NCBI RefSeq assembly: GCF_018350175.1
Contig: NC_058385.1
Span: forward strand, 82,708,001-82,772,000
DNA from: Felis catus
Lineage: Eukaryota
Length of the DNA stretch: 64,000 nucleotides
Direction: 5' to 3'
Shown here: piece by piece, positions 63,429 to 64,000 of the stretch
Numbering within the stretch: position 1 is the stretch's first letter
Layout of the letters: each line of letters opens with the position of its first letter
The notes under the pieces: model-generated
What the model was told of the DNA's origin: nothing
Database searches by the model: none
Seen by the model: only the letters and a program-made list of their open reading frames with translations
Position numbers and translations under genes: made by a program

Positions 63429-64000
63429 CGTGTGGCTGTCCTGTGGTACAGACCGGGGTGGGGACTCCCCAAGCACCCGGTGTTCTCTTTTTGGGAAATA
63501 AACAGGTGTTTTGTTTTCAGCTGCTGTTAGGGCTCGTGGCCCACTGTCCGCTGTCCTTTTGGAGCTCCTAGGCACGTGGACAAAAAGCTCTGTCTGAGGG
63601 CCTGGCTTTCCCACATACCTCCTTCCTGGAGGGCACTGCCCTGGTCCCCTTGCTGCTGGCAGGAATGAGGGCCCCAGCCGGCACATCAGCCTCCAAGGAG
63701 AGCCTCGGGTGCACACTGGGCTTGGCCTCTGGAAATGGCACGTGTAGACCCTGCCCTGGCCCCAGCCCCACGGGCATTATGGGAGCTCCCTGCGTATCAC
63801 AGTGGGAGGCAGGGTGCCGGGTAGGAGGAAACGCTGTGGTGGGTATGGCTTGGGGCCTGATGGGATCTGAAGTGCCCGGAGACCACACTGCTCTGTCTTC
63901 AGCGCTGGAGTTGAAAGCGCAAAAGGGCTTGAGCTGGAGCCCTGCAGAAAAGCCCTGGGGCATGGGGAGTGGCCCCGCCCAGCTTCCCTGGAGCCGACTG

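Overview
Mammalian genomic DNA from a feliform carnivore, judged by abundant feliform-type Can-SINEs. The window is GC-rich and syntenic with the human 8q24.3 block: SPATC1 (+, 5 exons), an intact SMPD5 (+, 7 exons), OPLAH (-, 26 coding exons, 1288 aa), EXOSC4 (+, GC-AG intron 1) and GPAA1 (+, U12 AT-AC intron 8). It also holds many SINE/LINE/LTR elements, four assembly gaps and a SNORA70-RPL10 retrocopy. Main finding: about 3.6 kb upstream of the first coding exon of OPLAH, on the OPLAH strand, lies a diverged inverted duplicate of SPATC1 promoter plus exon 1 (42052-41818). It encodes a speriolin N-terminal coiled coil (25/38 identical residues) and shares an identical CRE-like 13-mer with the SPATC1 promoter. 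Its phase-1 donor joins in frame, with no stops, through the 44-nt leader of OPLAH exon 2 into the OPLAH ATG. This predicts a germ-cell speriolin-N/5-oxoprolinase chimeric isoform with 93 extra residues. Repeat family names and boundaries are by eye and approximate.
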